The notes below the pieces were generated by a model, which did no database searches, was not told the DNA's origin, and saw only the letters and a list, made by a program, of their open reading frames with translations. Both the position numbers and the translations under genes were made by a program. From contig JAHFHU010000004.1 of NCBI GenBank assembly GCA_023246755.1, positions 4,214-68,213 on the forward strand: a DNA stretch of 64,000 nucleotides, written 5' to 3'. Shown here piece after piece: positions 9,237 through 18,622 of this stretch (positions within the stretch are counted from its first letter, which is position 1; the number at the start of each line of letters is the position of its first letter). This DNA is from Candidatus Magasanikiibacteriota bacterium (GTDB lineage: Bacteria; Patescibacteriota; Patescibacteriia; Magasanikbacterales; 2-02-FULL-50-9b).

Positions 9237-10388
9237 TTAAATGCCAAGTGCGCGATATAACTTCTCTATTTTTTCCTGTGCTCGCATGTGCAACTTGTCA
9301 ACTATTTTGGCGCTTTTAAGTAGTTTTTGAAAAAACTCTTCTGCGTTCATCTCAGAATGCTCACGATAAAATTTAGGAAATTCATCAACAAAACGAGCAG
9401 CATCTGGATCACGAACAACACCTGTTTTTGCAAGTGTTGTTCGTATTTCTTCATCACTCATCGTGGTTTTTAGATCCTCAAAGCCTTTTTTTATAGTGGG
9501 TGCGTAGCGCTGTAAAATCCGTTCGGGTTCATTTTTAAAAACACCATCAAGCATAAGTATATCAGCCGCTGTCAAATGCTCTTTTAAGAGCGTAATGTCT
9601 GTCAAATCATAGTTACGTCCTGTTTCGATCTTATGGTAAGCAACTAACGCAGGATGCGAAAGATTTACGAGTCGACCACTTGTGGTTGTATATATGCGCC
9701 CGTGAGCAAAATATTCTGCGGGAAACGTTGTGCCGCTGTAAGGAATGGTTTTTGTGCCGTCTTCATTTGATACGATAATATGGAGATCAATAAAATTCAA
9801 TTTATCGTGCTCATTATTTATCATCCCATTAGGATTGATCCGTGCAATTTGCAGTTCACTCAAAGCACGCTCTGCAATCTCGACAGCAGATACAACCTCA
9901 ACACACCGCTGCGTCTCTGTGTAACGAGTACGGTCAGAAAAAATAATTGTGTACCCACGAGTTGCCAACTGTTTTTCTAATGCGGGCAAATTTTCAACAG
10001 AAATACTCATGTCAACATCCTTGTGATCACGAATGAATGAGCCGTCACCTTGTAAAAGTGAAATATTAATTGCGCCATCAAGCCACCAACCGAATTCAGC
10101 CCCTTCCATCAGTTCTCCTAAATCATTCAAACGTTTTTCAATTTCAATTTTTCGTTCTGTGGTTGGTCCCTGATATTTTTTTATTGTTTCATCAAAATTC
10201 GCACCGCTAAAATCATCAAATTTTTTAAGAAACTGGGTTTTAAAGTTCTGTCCCGAATGCTCCAAGGCACGCCGCACACGTTCAGAATTTGCTTGTTCGG
10301 ATAAACCTACCGGATCAATTTGCACAACACTCTCAACGGCTTCGACTTCACTAGCTATTCCATCAAAATTTTTTGGATCCTGTGTCAT
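9237..10388 (-). CDS. Pol-beta-fold nucleotidyltransferase (ANT(2'')/Lnu/LicD-like)
   Basis: WWLDGA...G...RDHKDVD motif; ATG 10388 chosen to avoid overlap with the Fic gene. Confidence 0.65.
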   Translation of the reverse strand: MTQDPKNFDGIASEVEAVESVVQIDPVGLSEQANSERVRRALEHSGQNFKTQFLKKFDDFSGANFDETIKKYQGPTTERKIEIEKRLNDLGELMEGAEFGWWLDGAINISLLQGDGSFIRDHKDVDMSISVENLPALEKQLATRGYTIIFSDRTRYTETQRCVEVVSAVEIAERALSELQIARINPNGMINNEHDKLNFIDLHIIVSNEDGTKTIPYSGTTFPAEYFAHGRIYTTTSGRLVNLSHPALVAYHKIETGRNYDLTDITLLKEHLTAADILMLDGVFKNEPERILQRYAPTIKKGFEDLKTTMSDEEIRTTLAKTGVVRDPDAARFVDEFPKFYREHSEMNAEEFFQKLLKSAKIVDKLHMRAQEKIEKLYRALGI

Positions 10389-10422
10389 ATAATAAAACAA
10401 AATATTTGTGTCATCGTACGCT

Positions 10423-11295
10423 CTACACCCCAATTTTCCAAACCCCCTTCTCCAAAAATGCTTCAATGGTTTGACGATGCGCTTTGTTGATCAAGTTGGA
10501 ATGAGAAATTTTTTGTATTTTTGCAAAATCAACAAGTGTTATGATTTTTTTGCCTTCCAAATAGGCGAGCCGCTTATGGTAACTATTTGTTAGTGCTTTA
10601 CCAACAATTTCTTCCATAATCGTGGTCATGCCTCCTTGATCAAACTCCTTAAACGCATCATAATATTTTGTTCGATCAATAAATTTGATATTGATCGGCA
10701 CAAATCCCTCTCGGATCAGCTGGTAGTTATTAATCACGCGCCCAATACGACCATTCCCGTCGTTGAAGGGATGCAGATTTTCAAAAGTGAGGTGCAATTG
10801 CGCAATACGTTTAACAATGTTTTCATGCGCGCTGGCATGATACTGCGAAAACATTTTTACAAGACCGCTTTCAATTTCTTTTGGGGCCGGTGCAATGTGA
10901 CTACCAACACGAACAAATTCATTGCCGCGACGAAATCGCCCCGCAATATCATCCTGAATGTTTGAAATGAGCATTTTGTGGAGTGACAAAAGTGTGTCAG
11001 AATTCAACTCCTGCTCCTTGGCGCGTTTTTCAATATACGAAACGACGCGTGCCAAATTTTTTGCTTCAAATAATTCGCGCTCCGAAATATACCGATCCAA
11101 ATCAATTTGCAACAAAATCTTTTCGGTTTCTTCGAGCGTCAGCGTGCTATTTTCAATTGCATTCGAGTTATATACCTGTTCGGAAACTTCCGCCTCGCTC
11201 ACCAGTGCAATAAGCGCCTCTTTTCCAGCAGCCGCACGGTAATACCGCTCTCGCAATGCATTGATTTTATTAAAAACTGCAGAAATTTTTGCCAT
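10423..11295 (-). CDS. Fic-domain protein
   Basis: HPFNDGNGRIGR catalytic motif; SNAIEN inhibitory helix. Confidence 0.95.
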   Translation of the reverse strand: MAKISAVFNKINALRERYYRAAAGKEALIALVSEAEVSEQVYNSNAIENSTLTLEETEKILLQIDLDRYISERELFEAKNLARVVSYIEKRAKEQELNSDTLLSLHKMLISNIQDDIAGRFRRGNEFVRVGSHIAPAPKEIESGLVKMFSQYHASAHENIVKRIAQLHLTFENLHPFNDGNGRIGRVINNYQLIREGFVPINIKFIDRTKYYDAFKEFDQGGMTTIMEEIVGKALTNSYHKRLAYLEGKKIITLVDFAKIQKISHSNLINKAHRQTIEAFLEKGVWKIGV

Positions 11296-11302
11296 ATGTC
11301 TT

Positions 11303-11376
11303 AGTATAGCAGTTTTCACGGTTTTGTCAATATAATCGTGAAAAACTAGAAATTAATGACATTTTTCACGGTTTTG
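11303..11376 (-). promoter_or_regulatory. sigma70-type promoter of fic with repeated operator-like boxes
   Basis: TTGACA (11330-11325), 16-nt spacer, TATACT (11308-11303); TTTTCACGGTTTTG at 11313 and 11363; inverted CGTGAAAA at 11337. Confidence 0.65.
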
Positions 11377-11379
11377 GCC

Positions 11380-12297
11380 CTACCCACCACAAAGCAGCCG
11401 ATGAATCTGTTTTCTTTGTGTCAAAGGAACGACAACAAAGTTATCAGCTTCTTCTAAAATTTCATGAAAAAACGGTTTAATGATTGTGGAAAACCATGCC
11501 GCGTTGTTTGAGTACAAAATTGATGTACCTGAATCAATATCTGCAATATTTACCAAACAGTTATAGTTCGGGTATTTTTTAAAATATTCATCAATCTGTT
11601 GTTTGAATGTATGAAAAAAAACTTTCCCATCGCTCAACATTTCAAATTGAGAAAAAACCAAATTCAGATCATTAAAAATTTTGGTATCGTTTTGCATGGT
11701 CTCATTAAATTTTAGTGCGAGCTCTTCTGCCATGTCAGCGTAATAGCGTTGCTGCCAGTTCGTCGGCAAATTAGTACGCTCGCCCAATTGCTCAAACGCA
11801 ATTCTATCTCGATCAACTGTTTCACCAGATTTAAAATTAAGTGTATTTTGAAGTATTGCAAAGGACAACAAATTTGCAGCTTCAGACAATATTTGTTTTT
11901 CAAAACCACGTTTTTCATACTCTTCCCAAATCAATGTTGCTGCAGCACCAACTCGTTCGATGTGAGCATTTTTTCCAATACGTGTTTCCCAAAACGCTTC
12001 CCATCCGTAATGGTGATCAAAAATTTCATGTACTCGAGTAGTCCCTTCCGTGTAATATGCAAACTGATGTGGATCCGATATATCCACGTAAATAAATTGA
12101 TCGTCAGGCTGCGCCTCGTAGATTATTTTAAAATCAGTTGTTTGCTCGCGCACAAATTGCGACACACTATGATTAAGCGGCCCCTCAAATACTGCAAGCG
12201 CCTGCTTCCCCTCCAATCTCAAAAGTTGTGCGTACGCAACCGCGCACGCAAAGGCATCGATGTCATTAAAAGCTTTTCCTGCGGTTACAATAAACAT
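11380..12297 (-). CDS. DHH-family phosphoesterase, family II (Mn-dependent) pyrophosphatase-like
   Basis: NDIDAFACA, VDIS and FDHH motifs; VGAAATL. Confidence 0.8.
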   Translation of the reverse strand: MFIVTAGKAFNDIDAFACAVAYAQLLRLEGKQALAVFEGPLNHSVSQFVREQTTDFKIIYEAQPDDQFIYVDISDPHQFAYYTEGTTRVHEIFDHHYGWEAFWETRIGKNAHIERVGAAATLIWEEYEKRGFEKQILSEAANLLSFAILQNTLNFKSGETVDRDRIAFEQLGERTNLPTNWQQRYYADMAEELALKFNETMQNDTKIFNDLNLVFSQFEMLSDGKVFFHTFKQQIDEYFKKYPNYNCLVNIADIDSGTSILYSNNAAWFSTIIKPFFHEILEEADNFVVVPLTQRKQIHRLLCGG

Positions 12298-12298
12298 A

Positions 12299-13153
12299 TT
12301 ATTTAATCATGAGCAACAAACCAGCCACCGCAACGCCCGCGCCAACAAATTTTCTTGGCAAATCCTCTCGCTCATCCAGCAGCCACGCGCCCGCAATGAA
12401 CATGAGAACAACTTTGAACGTGGTGACTGCAGACACGACACTTAAATTCCCCACAACAAACACCAAGCTTACCCATGATACATTTTGTGCAAATCTTAGT
12501 ACACCCGTGATCGCCACATCTTTTTTTGAATAACTATATTTATTTTTGGTAAAAAGAGCGGCAACTCCAAGACAAAAACAAGTCGCCCACCACGAAAGAA
12601 GCGCGCCAGCAGTAAAGCCCGATGTTTTTTGCAAATACCTTTCTGCTGTAATCAAAATACCTAAAAAGATTCCCGACAAAAGCACGCATAAAAAATATTT
12701 GTCGAACGTGTATTTTCCAATTTTATGTTTCCCAGAAATAATAACCATGGCGATGCACAATAATGTCGCGCCAAAAATTTGTGTGTTTGTTAATTTTTCG
12801 TTTAACAGAACAAATGACAAAATAATTGTAACGGGTGTGTAGATGTTACTCACGACGCTCGTCACACCCGCCTCAACATGTTTTTGCGCACTATATAAAA
12901 ACACATAGCTCAACGCTCCCGAAATTCCACACAAAATTGTTGCGGTCGCGAGCATCACATAATCCCCTGAAATACGGAACGGCTCAAATAGCAACAAACC
13001 AAATCCCAACATCGAGATAATGAGCGACACATGAAATGCAAATAAAATTTGATTGTCTGCTGTCGTGTGTTGTGTTTTTGCGAGCCACCGTCGCTGCAAT
13101 GGCGACGCGGTTGATGCAATAAAATAAAAGAGGTATGCCAAAAAACTATTCAT
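12299..13153 (-). CDS. EamA/DMT family transporter
   Basis: 10 TM segments in two repeats; LLNEKLT and LLDERE patterns. Confidence 0.85.
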   Translation of the reverse strand: MNSFLAYLFYFIASTASPLQRRWLAKTQHTTADNQILFAFHVSLIISMLGFGLLLFEPFRISGDYVMLATATILCGISGALSYVFLYSAQKHVEAGVTSVVSNIYTPVTIILSFVLLNEKLTNTQIFGATLLCIAMVIISGKHKIGKYTFDKYFLCVLLSGIFLGILITAERYLQKTSGFTAGALLSWWATCFCLGVAALFTKNKYSYSKKDVAITGVLRFAQNVSWVSLVFVVGNLSVVSAVTTFKVVLMFIAGAWLLDEREDLPRKFVGAGVAVAGLLLMIK

Positions 13154-13332
13154 ATCGCGTCAATATTTTTCATTTGTTTTAAAGTATACGTATCGTCATA
13201 GCAGCGGTCAATGCTTCTAACCATTTTATCGTGACCACGTAGATTACCTTGACAAAATGACAAAAATTAGTCAAAATAACACCTGCCATTGGTTTTTCAG
13301 CTCCTTTTACTCTACACAAAAAGAGGGTTAAG

Positions 13333-13956
13333 ATGTTTCTCGAACTGCAGAATATCGGGTGGAACCTCCTCAGCCTGAGTCTGGTGGCGACGATCTCCTT
13401 TAGCATGACGGGTGCATGGGGCATTGCCAAACAAGCAAAAAACATCCTCGCAACTAGATCAGGCGCTTCCGTGAACACAAAGTGGAACATTGTGTTTGCG
13501 ATCATGTACGCAACGTGGTTCGTGTATGGCGCCGAAACACACAGCATGGCTATTATGGTGCAGAGCATCATGCGTGTACCCTTCATTGCGATCGTACTCG
13601 TACGGTTGTGGCAATTCAAGGGCTATACGCGAAGTGAAATCAGCATGGTCGTGTTGTTTACAAGCGCGTTCCTCGTCGTTAGCACCACTGTTTACATTGA
13701 CACCGCCTTCACCATCGTTTCATATCTCGGTGCCGCAGCGGCTAGTTTGCAGCCACTTGAGATTTGGAAAAAACGCTCTGTTGGGGTTGTCTCGATCGAA
13801 ATGATGTGGATTTACCTAGCGAGCGTCATGTTTTGGCTCTTCTACGGACTGGTTGCTCACGACATGCGCGTGTTTGGGATGTCAATTCCTTACATCACAA
13901 TCTATAGCACAACAATTGGCTTGTACTACCATTTCCGCAACAATCCAAACAACTAA
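13333..13956 (+). CDS. PQ-loop/SWEET-family transporter with two repeats
   Basis: Q..(N/E)I....S...V(N/S)...W..YG occurs twice in 207 aa; SD-like GAGGG. Confidence 0.75.
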   Translation: MFLELQNIGWNLLSLSLVATISFSMTGAWGIAKQAKNILATRSGASVNTKWNIVFAIMYATWFVYGAETHSMAIMVQSIMRVPFIAIVLVRLWQFKGYTRSEISMVVLFTSAFLVVSTTVYIDTAFTIVSYLGAAAASLQPLEIWKKRSVGVVSIEMMWIYLASVMFWLFYGLVAHDMRVFGMSIPYITIYSTTIGLYYHFRNNPNN

Positions 13957-13958
13957 CC

Positions 13959-13994
13959 GCCCGCGCTGATGTCACATCTTTGCGGGTGTTTTTT
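13959..13994 (+). terminator. Probable intrinsic terminator
   Basis: GCCCGC...GCGGGT stem followed by T6. Confidence 0.55.
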
Positions 13995-14088
13995 ATGTTT
14001 GGCACGACGTAGTGAACGACGTCGTGAAGGAAGTCAGAACCATTTGTGCAGAGAATTTATACTCGCGCACGAGGGTGGAAAAAATTAA

Positions 14089-15483
14089 TTAATGCATTTC
14101 TGCCTCTGTTTTCGCAGCAAGTTCTAATATTTTTTTACTGTACTCAACCGGATATTGTTTTCCATCTTTCTCATCTATTTTTTTAAGATAAGCAGGCAAC
14201 TTTTCAATTTCGAGTAAGCAATACTTTCGAATATCACTGAGTTCGGGGAGAGGTTTTACCAGTTTTCCATGACGTAACATCTCTATCAAAAGGGGTTCAC
14301 CGGACATTGCTTCTCCATCTAATCCAATAACGTCTTTTACCATGAAGCCGTCTTTGTCATAGATACGAAAAACTTGTTTTTTTCCCGGAAAACTTCTTTT
14401 ATTTTTTGCAAGCTTCATTACAGGTCTTATCTTTGTACCATCTTGTAATTCTGCAAGCTTGTAAACAACCTCCAGTTTAGGCGCATCAGGAGATGTGACT
14501 AATTCTGTAATAAGTAGAAAGCCATCGCATGGCGTCTTTTTTTGAATAATCTTACTAATTTCTTGTTCATCCAAATTCCCTGAAAGCAGTATTTTAATAT
14601 CTTTGAACCCCTTTGAATCCAACCTGCTGCGTGCATACTTTGTACGCTTAATCAAATCACCACTATCAATATACAACATTGCAACTTTTCCACCACTCTT
14701 GCGCATTTCCTCTGAGACGATAATAAGATTATCAACACCTTTCTCAAAATCATAGGTGTCTACAAGAACCACAGCCTCATCATTTGGAAACTCACTAATA
14801 AATGCCCGCATTGCTTCTATTTCACTCGGAAATGATTTAATGAATGCATGTGTCAAGGCGTTTAATACTTTTTTTGGTGCTTCAAGTCCATACTTTTTCC
14901 AAAAAAATAGCTGCGATGAAGATGGATTGCCGCCAACCATGTAGAGGCCACGCATGCACTTTAAACTTGATTCAAATCCTTGAGAACGAGTTACAGGTAA
15001 AATAACCGGTTTACCTTGAGCAGCTAAAACGACACGAATATTTTTAGATGAAAATGTTGTATTGGAAGAAACAGCATTCACTAAATACGCATAAAATAAT
15101 TCCAACTGCCAAAGCGGCCCTGTAAATCGCATCACCGTTTCCCCTGGAAAAAATGGCGTCCCTTCTCTCAACGCAAAAATGTCAGATAAAAACTTGAACT
15201 TTTTTAGTCGCTCAGCCATGTGTTTATCAATGAGTCTATGCTTTTTGAGCGCAGCGATGTCTTCTTTTGAATATACCCAATGTGTCAAATCAGACAAAAC
15301 CTCTTCCAAACCCGAAAATATAAGAAACTTTCTTTTTGATGACATCTCTCTGACGGTCAAGTCATATGTTGCCACAATATTTTCCATACCCGCTTTCCGC
15401 CATGCCTTCCACATAGCAAAAGCACCAGCTTGTGTTAGTAGCGGAAGATCTGTTTCGTAAAACTTACTACTTTTTTTTGTCAT
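14089..15483 (-). CDS. Nicotinate phosphoribosyltransferase-family protein (divergent)
   Basis: FSGLEE, EGT.FFPGE, LVDTYD, IDSGDL, SGNLDE, VYKL and PGKKQVFR motifs; canonical TDLY and FG.RR motifs altered. Confidence 0.85.
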   Translation of the reverse strand: MTKKSSKFYETDLPLLTQAGAFAMWKAWRKAGMENIVATYDLTVREMSSKRKFLIFSGLEEVLSDLTHWVYSKEDIAALKKHRLIDKHMAERLKKFKFLSDIFALREGTPFFPGETVMRFTGPLWQLELFYAYLVNAVSSNTTFSSKNIRVVLAAQGKPVILPVTRSQGFESSLKCMRGLYMVGGNPSSSQLFFWKKYGLEAPKKVLNALTHAFIKSFPSEIEAMRAFISEFPNDEAVVLVDTYDFEKGVDNLIIVSEEMRKSGGKVAMLYIDSGDLIKRTKYARSRLDSKGFKDIKILLSGNLDEQEISKIIQKKTPCDGFLLITELVTSPDAPKLEVVYKLAELQDGTKIRPVMKLAKNKRSFPGKKQVFRIYDKDGFMVKDVIGLDGEAMSGEPLLIEMLRHGKLVKPLPELSDIRKYCLLEIEKLPAYLKKIDEKDGKQYPVEYSKKILELAAKTEAEMH

Positions 15484-16231
15484 AAAATTCGTTAAGCACA
15501 CCTCTTTGTTGATCAATAACTTCTGAAAGGCGTGGCAATAATTCGCTTAGTGTAGTAAAATGCACGGCTTCTGATTCACCACGCACATTCTGCTGAGAGC
15601 CGGAGAGAACTTGGCTCTTACGGATGGCCATTTCTATGATCCGTCGATCATCCTCAGGCCAATCAATAAAAAATGCCACCGGGATAACTGGGTACTGAAT
15701 CGCATTGTCTGGTGTTTTTTTAGCCGCAGCAAGTGTTCTTTTCGCTGTTTCAATGTGCGCAAGCCCTTGAATGGCTTCTGCAATTGTGCCCAAAGTTGTA
15801 GCGGAAGACGGGACAAACAAATAAACGGCAACATGTGGGCGCTCAAGTTTATTTGTTATGTTAGGCACACCCTCAGCAAGAACATGCATGCTTTTTGTCA
15901 GATGACCCGTATTTTCAGTTGCTTCTTTGATGAAAGAAGGGCGCTGTGCAACATGAAACTCGACAATACCTCCATTTCTTCTACGCTCCCTTTGCTTTTT
16001 AGAAAAACCATTGGCTATTTCACCTGTATAAGTGCTAGCTAGTGCTGGTCCGGTATATAACACAGCATGCTTACTGCTTAAAAAACTACCAAGCTCTTGT
16101 AGTTTTTGACGGTAAGACCCATCAAGCTCATTAAAACTGCCCCCAAACATAGATATCGGAATGAGGCGTTTTTTTTCAAGAGGCTCTCTTGATTCCGAAA
16201 CTTCTGAGTTATTTACAAATTTTTCATGCAT
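15467..16231 (-). CDS. Divergent LOG/SLOG-fold protein
   Basis: ISMFGGS...Y....ELG..L...LYTG and FVPSSATTLGTIAE resemble LOG VFGGS and PGGxGTxxE. Confidence 0.6.
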   Translation of the reverse strand: MHEKFVNNSEVSESREPLEKKRLIPISMFGGSFNELDGSYRQKLQELGSFLSSKHAVLYTGPALASTYTGEIANGFSKKQRERRRNGGIVEFHVAQRPSFIKEATENTGHLTKSMHVLAEGVPNITNKLERPHVAVYLFVPSSATTLGTIAEAIQGLAHIETAKRTLAAAKKTPDNAIQYPVIPVAFFIDWPEDDRRIIEMAIRKSQVLSGSQQNVRGESEAVHFTTLSELLPRLSEVIDQQRGVLNEFYDKKK

Positions 16232-16239
16232 AGAGTGAA

Positions 16240-17142
16240 TTAATCATAAATACTCTGTTCAATTATTTTTGATGCATCAACAAGCGTAATTCGTAATTTG
16301 TTAAGCACACTCTCAGGCAAATCAATTGTATTTGAAACTAGGATGCGTTCAAAACCGATATCTCGAATAATCGATACCGCAGAAAGCGAAAACAGTGCAT
16401 GAGTTACACATAAGTAAAACCGTGTAAAACCATGATCACGTAGTAGTTTGACAGCCTCAGAAATTGTGCCTCCTGTGTCGAGAATATCATCAACAATGAC
16501 CGCTGTAAAGCCGCGGACCTTGCCATTCAGCCCTGCAGCCTTGACATTACCCATTTCATCCCTCTTTTTGTCTAATACTACAATATTTTTGGTTTTAAGC
16601 TCCTTGCAAAAAAGCTGTGCCTGCTTTATCCCCCCAGTATCTGGTGATACAACGGTATACTCAGTATCAGTTAATTCTGACTTTAACTCTTGTGCAAAGA
16701 GTGGCATCATTGAAATATCGCTTATTTCAATAGGGCTGTCTTCAATTATTCGCTCACTGTGTAAATCAATCGTGATGATTTTTTGGCAGCCATTGCAAGC
16801 AAATGTCCGTAAAATCATCTGCACGGTGACCGGATCACCTTCTTTTTTCAAACGATCTTGTCGACTATAACCAAAATATGGAAGTACCAGCAGGATTCTT
16901 TCCGATCCAGAACGACGTAGCGTGTCTAACAGCAGATTGGTTGCAAAAAAATTTTCATTCGGCGGCCCTGCGTGACCCAAAACAACAGCATTTTTGTTAG
17001 TATGGTTCAGACTAACGAATAATTCTCCATTCGAAAACATCCTCCATTCTGTCGAGCTTAACCCGTTACCACCATTATCAACGATTTTTTTCTCGAGTGT
17101 GGTAGGTTTTTGTAAACAATAAAGTTTAGGACTCTCTCTCAT
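16240..17142 (-). CDS. prs: Ribose-phosphate pyrophosphokinase family
   Basis: FSNGE, PYFGYSRQDR, IDLHS, VSPDTGG and VDDILDTGGT motifs. Confidence 0.93.
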   Translation of the reverse strand: MRESPKLYCLQKPTTLEKKIVDNGGNGLSSTEWRMFSNGELFVSLNHTNKNAVVLGHAGPPNENFFATNLLLDTLRRSGSERILLVLPYFGYSRQDRLKKEGDPVTVQMILRTFACNGCQKIITIDLHSERIIEDSPIEISDISMMPLFAQELKSELTDTEYTVVSPDTGGIKQAQLFCKELKTKNIVVLDKKRDEMGNVKAAGLNGKVRGFTAVIVDDILDTGGTISEAVKLLRDHGFTRFYLCVTHALFSLSAVSIIRDIGFERILVSNTIDLPESVLNKLRITLVDASKIIEQSIYD

Positions 17143-17252
17143 ATTTATTGTATTTTATCACAGTAGTAAAACCTTTGCGAATTAATTTGGCTCTATAAAA
17201 CTTGGAAACCCAGATTTTTGCTTTGAGTAGAATGGATGACGTTATTAACGCG

Positions 17253-17280
17253 AAAACCGAGGCATTAACCTCGGTTCTTT
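17253..17280 (-). terminator. Terminator downstream of tRNA-Trp
   Basis: AACCGAGG/CCTCGGTT stem. Confidence 0.55.
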
Positions 17281-17285
17281 CACGC

Positions 17286-17359
17286 TGGCACGGGCGGATG
17301 GAATCGAACCAACGCCAAAGGTTTTGGAGACCTTCGTTCTACCATTAAACTACGCCCGC
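17286..17359 (-). tRNA. tRNA-Trp(CCA)
   Basis: Cloverleaf; anticodon loop CTCCAAA; GGTTCGATTCC T-arm; encoded CCA end. Confidence 0.96.
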
Positions 17360-17360
17360 A

Positions 17361-18191
17361 TTATTTTTTAACATCTTCTTGCGATGGCCCCGTCGGCGGC
17401 GCAAGGACACCCGCGAATCGGAGGCCGAGAGTACTGTACACGACTAACGCAATAACTTCAACTAGCGGCGCAGGGCCGATGCCGAAAATAATACACAGAC
17501 CCCACAAAACGAGCGGCCCGGTTATCGCGGCCATGTGCAGCGCGAGCGCATCGCGAAACGACATCTGATCGTGGTATACAAATCGCTGCATCACCATGGC
17601 GAGCACACTCCATACGGAAATAAGCAATGTCGAAAATACCACGCTGCTCACAAAAAAATAAAGAAAAATCATGATGGTCACAACCGTGATTGCGGCCGCT
17701 TCATGATCAACGACGATCCCGCGAACATCGTCGAGATTAAATTTAAAATCGCCTCCATCGCGCCACAACATGCGCTCAACTTCCATTTCTTTTTTGTCTG
17801 CACTGGGCTGCGTCGCCCGTGCCACTACAATTTCAAGCGCCTCTTTTGAAATAAAAACCTGCGCCTGTGCCGGACGTGTTGGCGTCGAACTCACCGTATC
17901 AACCATCAAAACGAAATCACCATCAACCAAAGAATATGGCTGATCGACGCCGCTCACGGAAAAATCAGCCCCCTTTTTTTCAATCGTCACCCCGCGTGGA
18001 ATTTGCGCAAGCTTGTGACCCGCTGACCGAACCACGTCCGTTATATCCGGCGTGAACGCTAACGCCAAAAAAAACGCGACAAAAATATGCAGCTGAAAAA
18101 AATAGGAAAACTTAAGCGGCTCGCGTCGAGCTCCCGCGAGTGCCTGAATATTTGCAATGTACCCACGAAACTGACGTGGAAATTGCATCAT
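17361..18191 (-). CDS. Membrane protein (DUF1189-like)
   Basis: N-terminal TM, soluble loop, then 3-4 C-terminal TM segments. Confidence 0.6.
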   Translation of the reverse strand: MMQFPRQFRGYIANIQALAGARREPLKFSYFFQLHIFVAFFLALAFTPDITDVVRSAGHKLAQIPRGVTIEKKGADFSVSGVDQPYSLVDGDFVLMVDTVSSTPTRPAQAQVFISKEALEIVVARATQPSADKKEMEVERMLWRDGGDFKFNLDDVRGIVVDHEAAAITVVTIMIFLYFFVSSVVFSTLLISVWSVLAMVMQRFVYHDQMSFRDALALHMAAITGPLVLWGLCIIFGIGPAPLVEVIALVVYSTLGLRFAGVLAPPTGPSQEDVKK

Positions 18192-18200
18192 ACGAAACGG

Positions 18201-18356
18201 CTATTTCGTTTCCTTGTGCGGCGTGTGCTTTGCGCAATACTTGCACAACTTTTTGAGCTCGAGACGATTTTTGAGCTTTTTCTTATTGCGTGATGTGTAG
18301 TGCGTAACGCGCTTGCAGACCGTGCATTCCATTTTGGCGAGATTGTCTTGTGACAT
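18201..18356 (-). CDS. rpmG: 50S ribosomal protein L33 (Zn-binding type)
   Basis: Manual translation MSQDNLAKMECTVCKRVTHYTSRNKKKLKNRLELKKLCKYCAKHTPHKETK; below the ORF-track length cutoff. Confidence 0.96.
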   Translation of the reverse strand: MSQDNLAKMECTVCKRVTHYTSRNKKKLKNRLELKKLCKYCAKHTPHKETK

Positions 18357-18361
18357 AGTAG

Positions 18362-18622
18362 TTAATATATTTCTGTATAATCTTTTGCGAAATGTACTTT
18401 TGTGTGTTGATTGTTTTTCGGGACAGCAACCCGTAAATTAATGACACACTTTTCTTTTGCTTCCTCGATCGAAACGAAGAAAATCATCTGACTCATCGGA
18501 TCATAAACCGCAAAGTAATCGATCTCTTCTGCAGCACCCGCCAACCCTTGCGCATCAAACACGTTGCAACAGCTAATTCTCCTATCGCACCCTTCTCCTT
18601 TTTGTGCATAGAACCCATCCAT
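18362..18622 (-). pseudogene. Remnant of a group-I-intron-type PD-(D/E)XK endonuclease (I-Ssp6803I-like)
   Basis: EIDYFAVY.P....F.V.......LR...PKNNQ...V.FAKDY C-terminal pattern; N-terminal catalytic part missing or degenerate. Confidence 0.65.

Noticed and set aside
8916-9260. Alternative frames or a programmed frameshift around the small 8817 ORF
   Set aside because: No slippery site or recognisable domain, and the 114-aa ORF runs through a terminator
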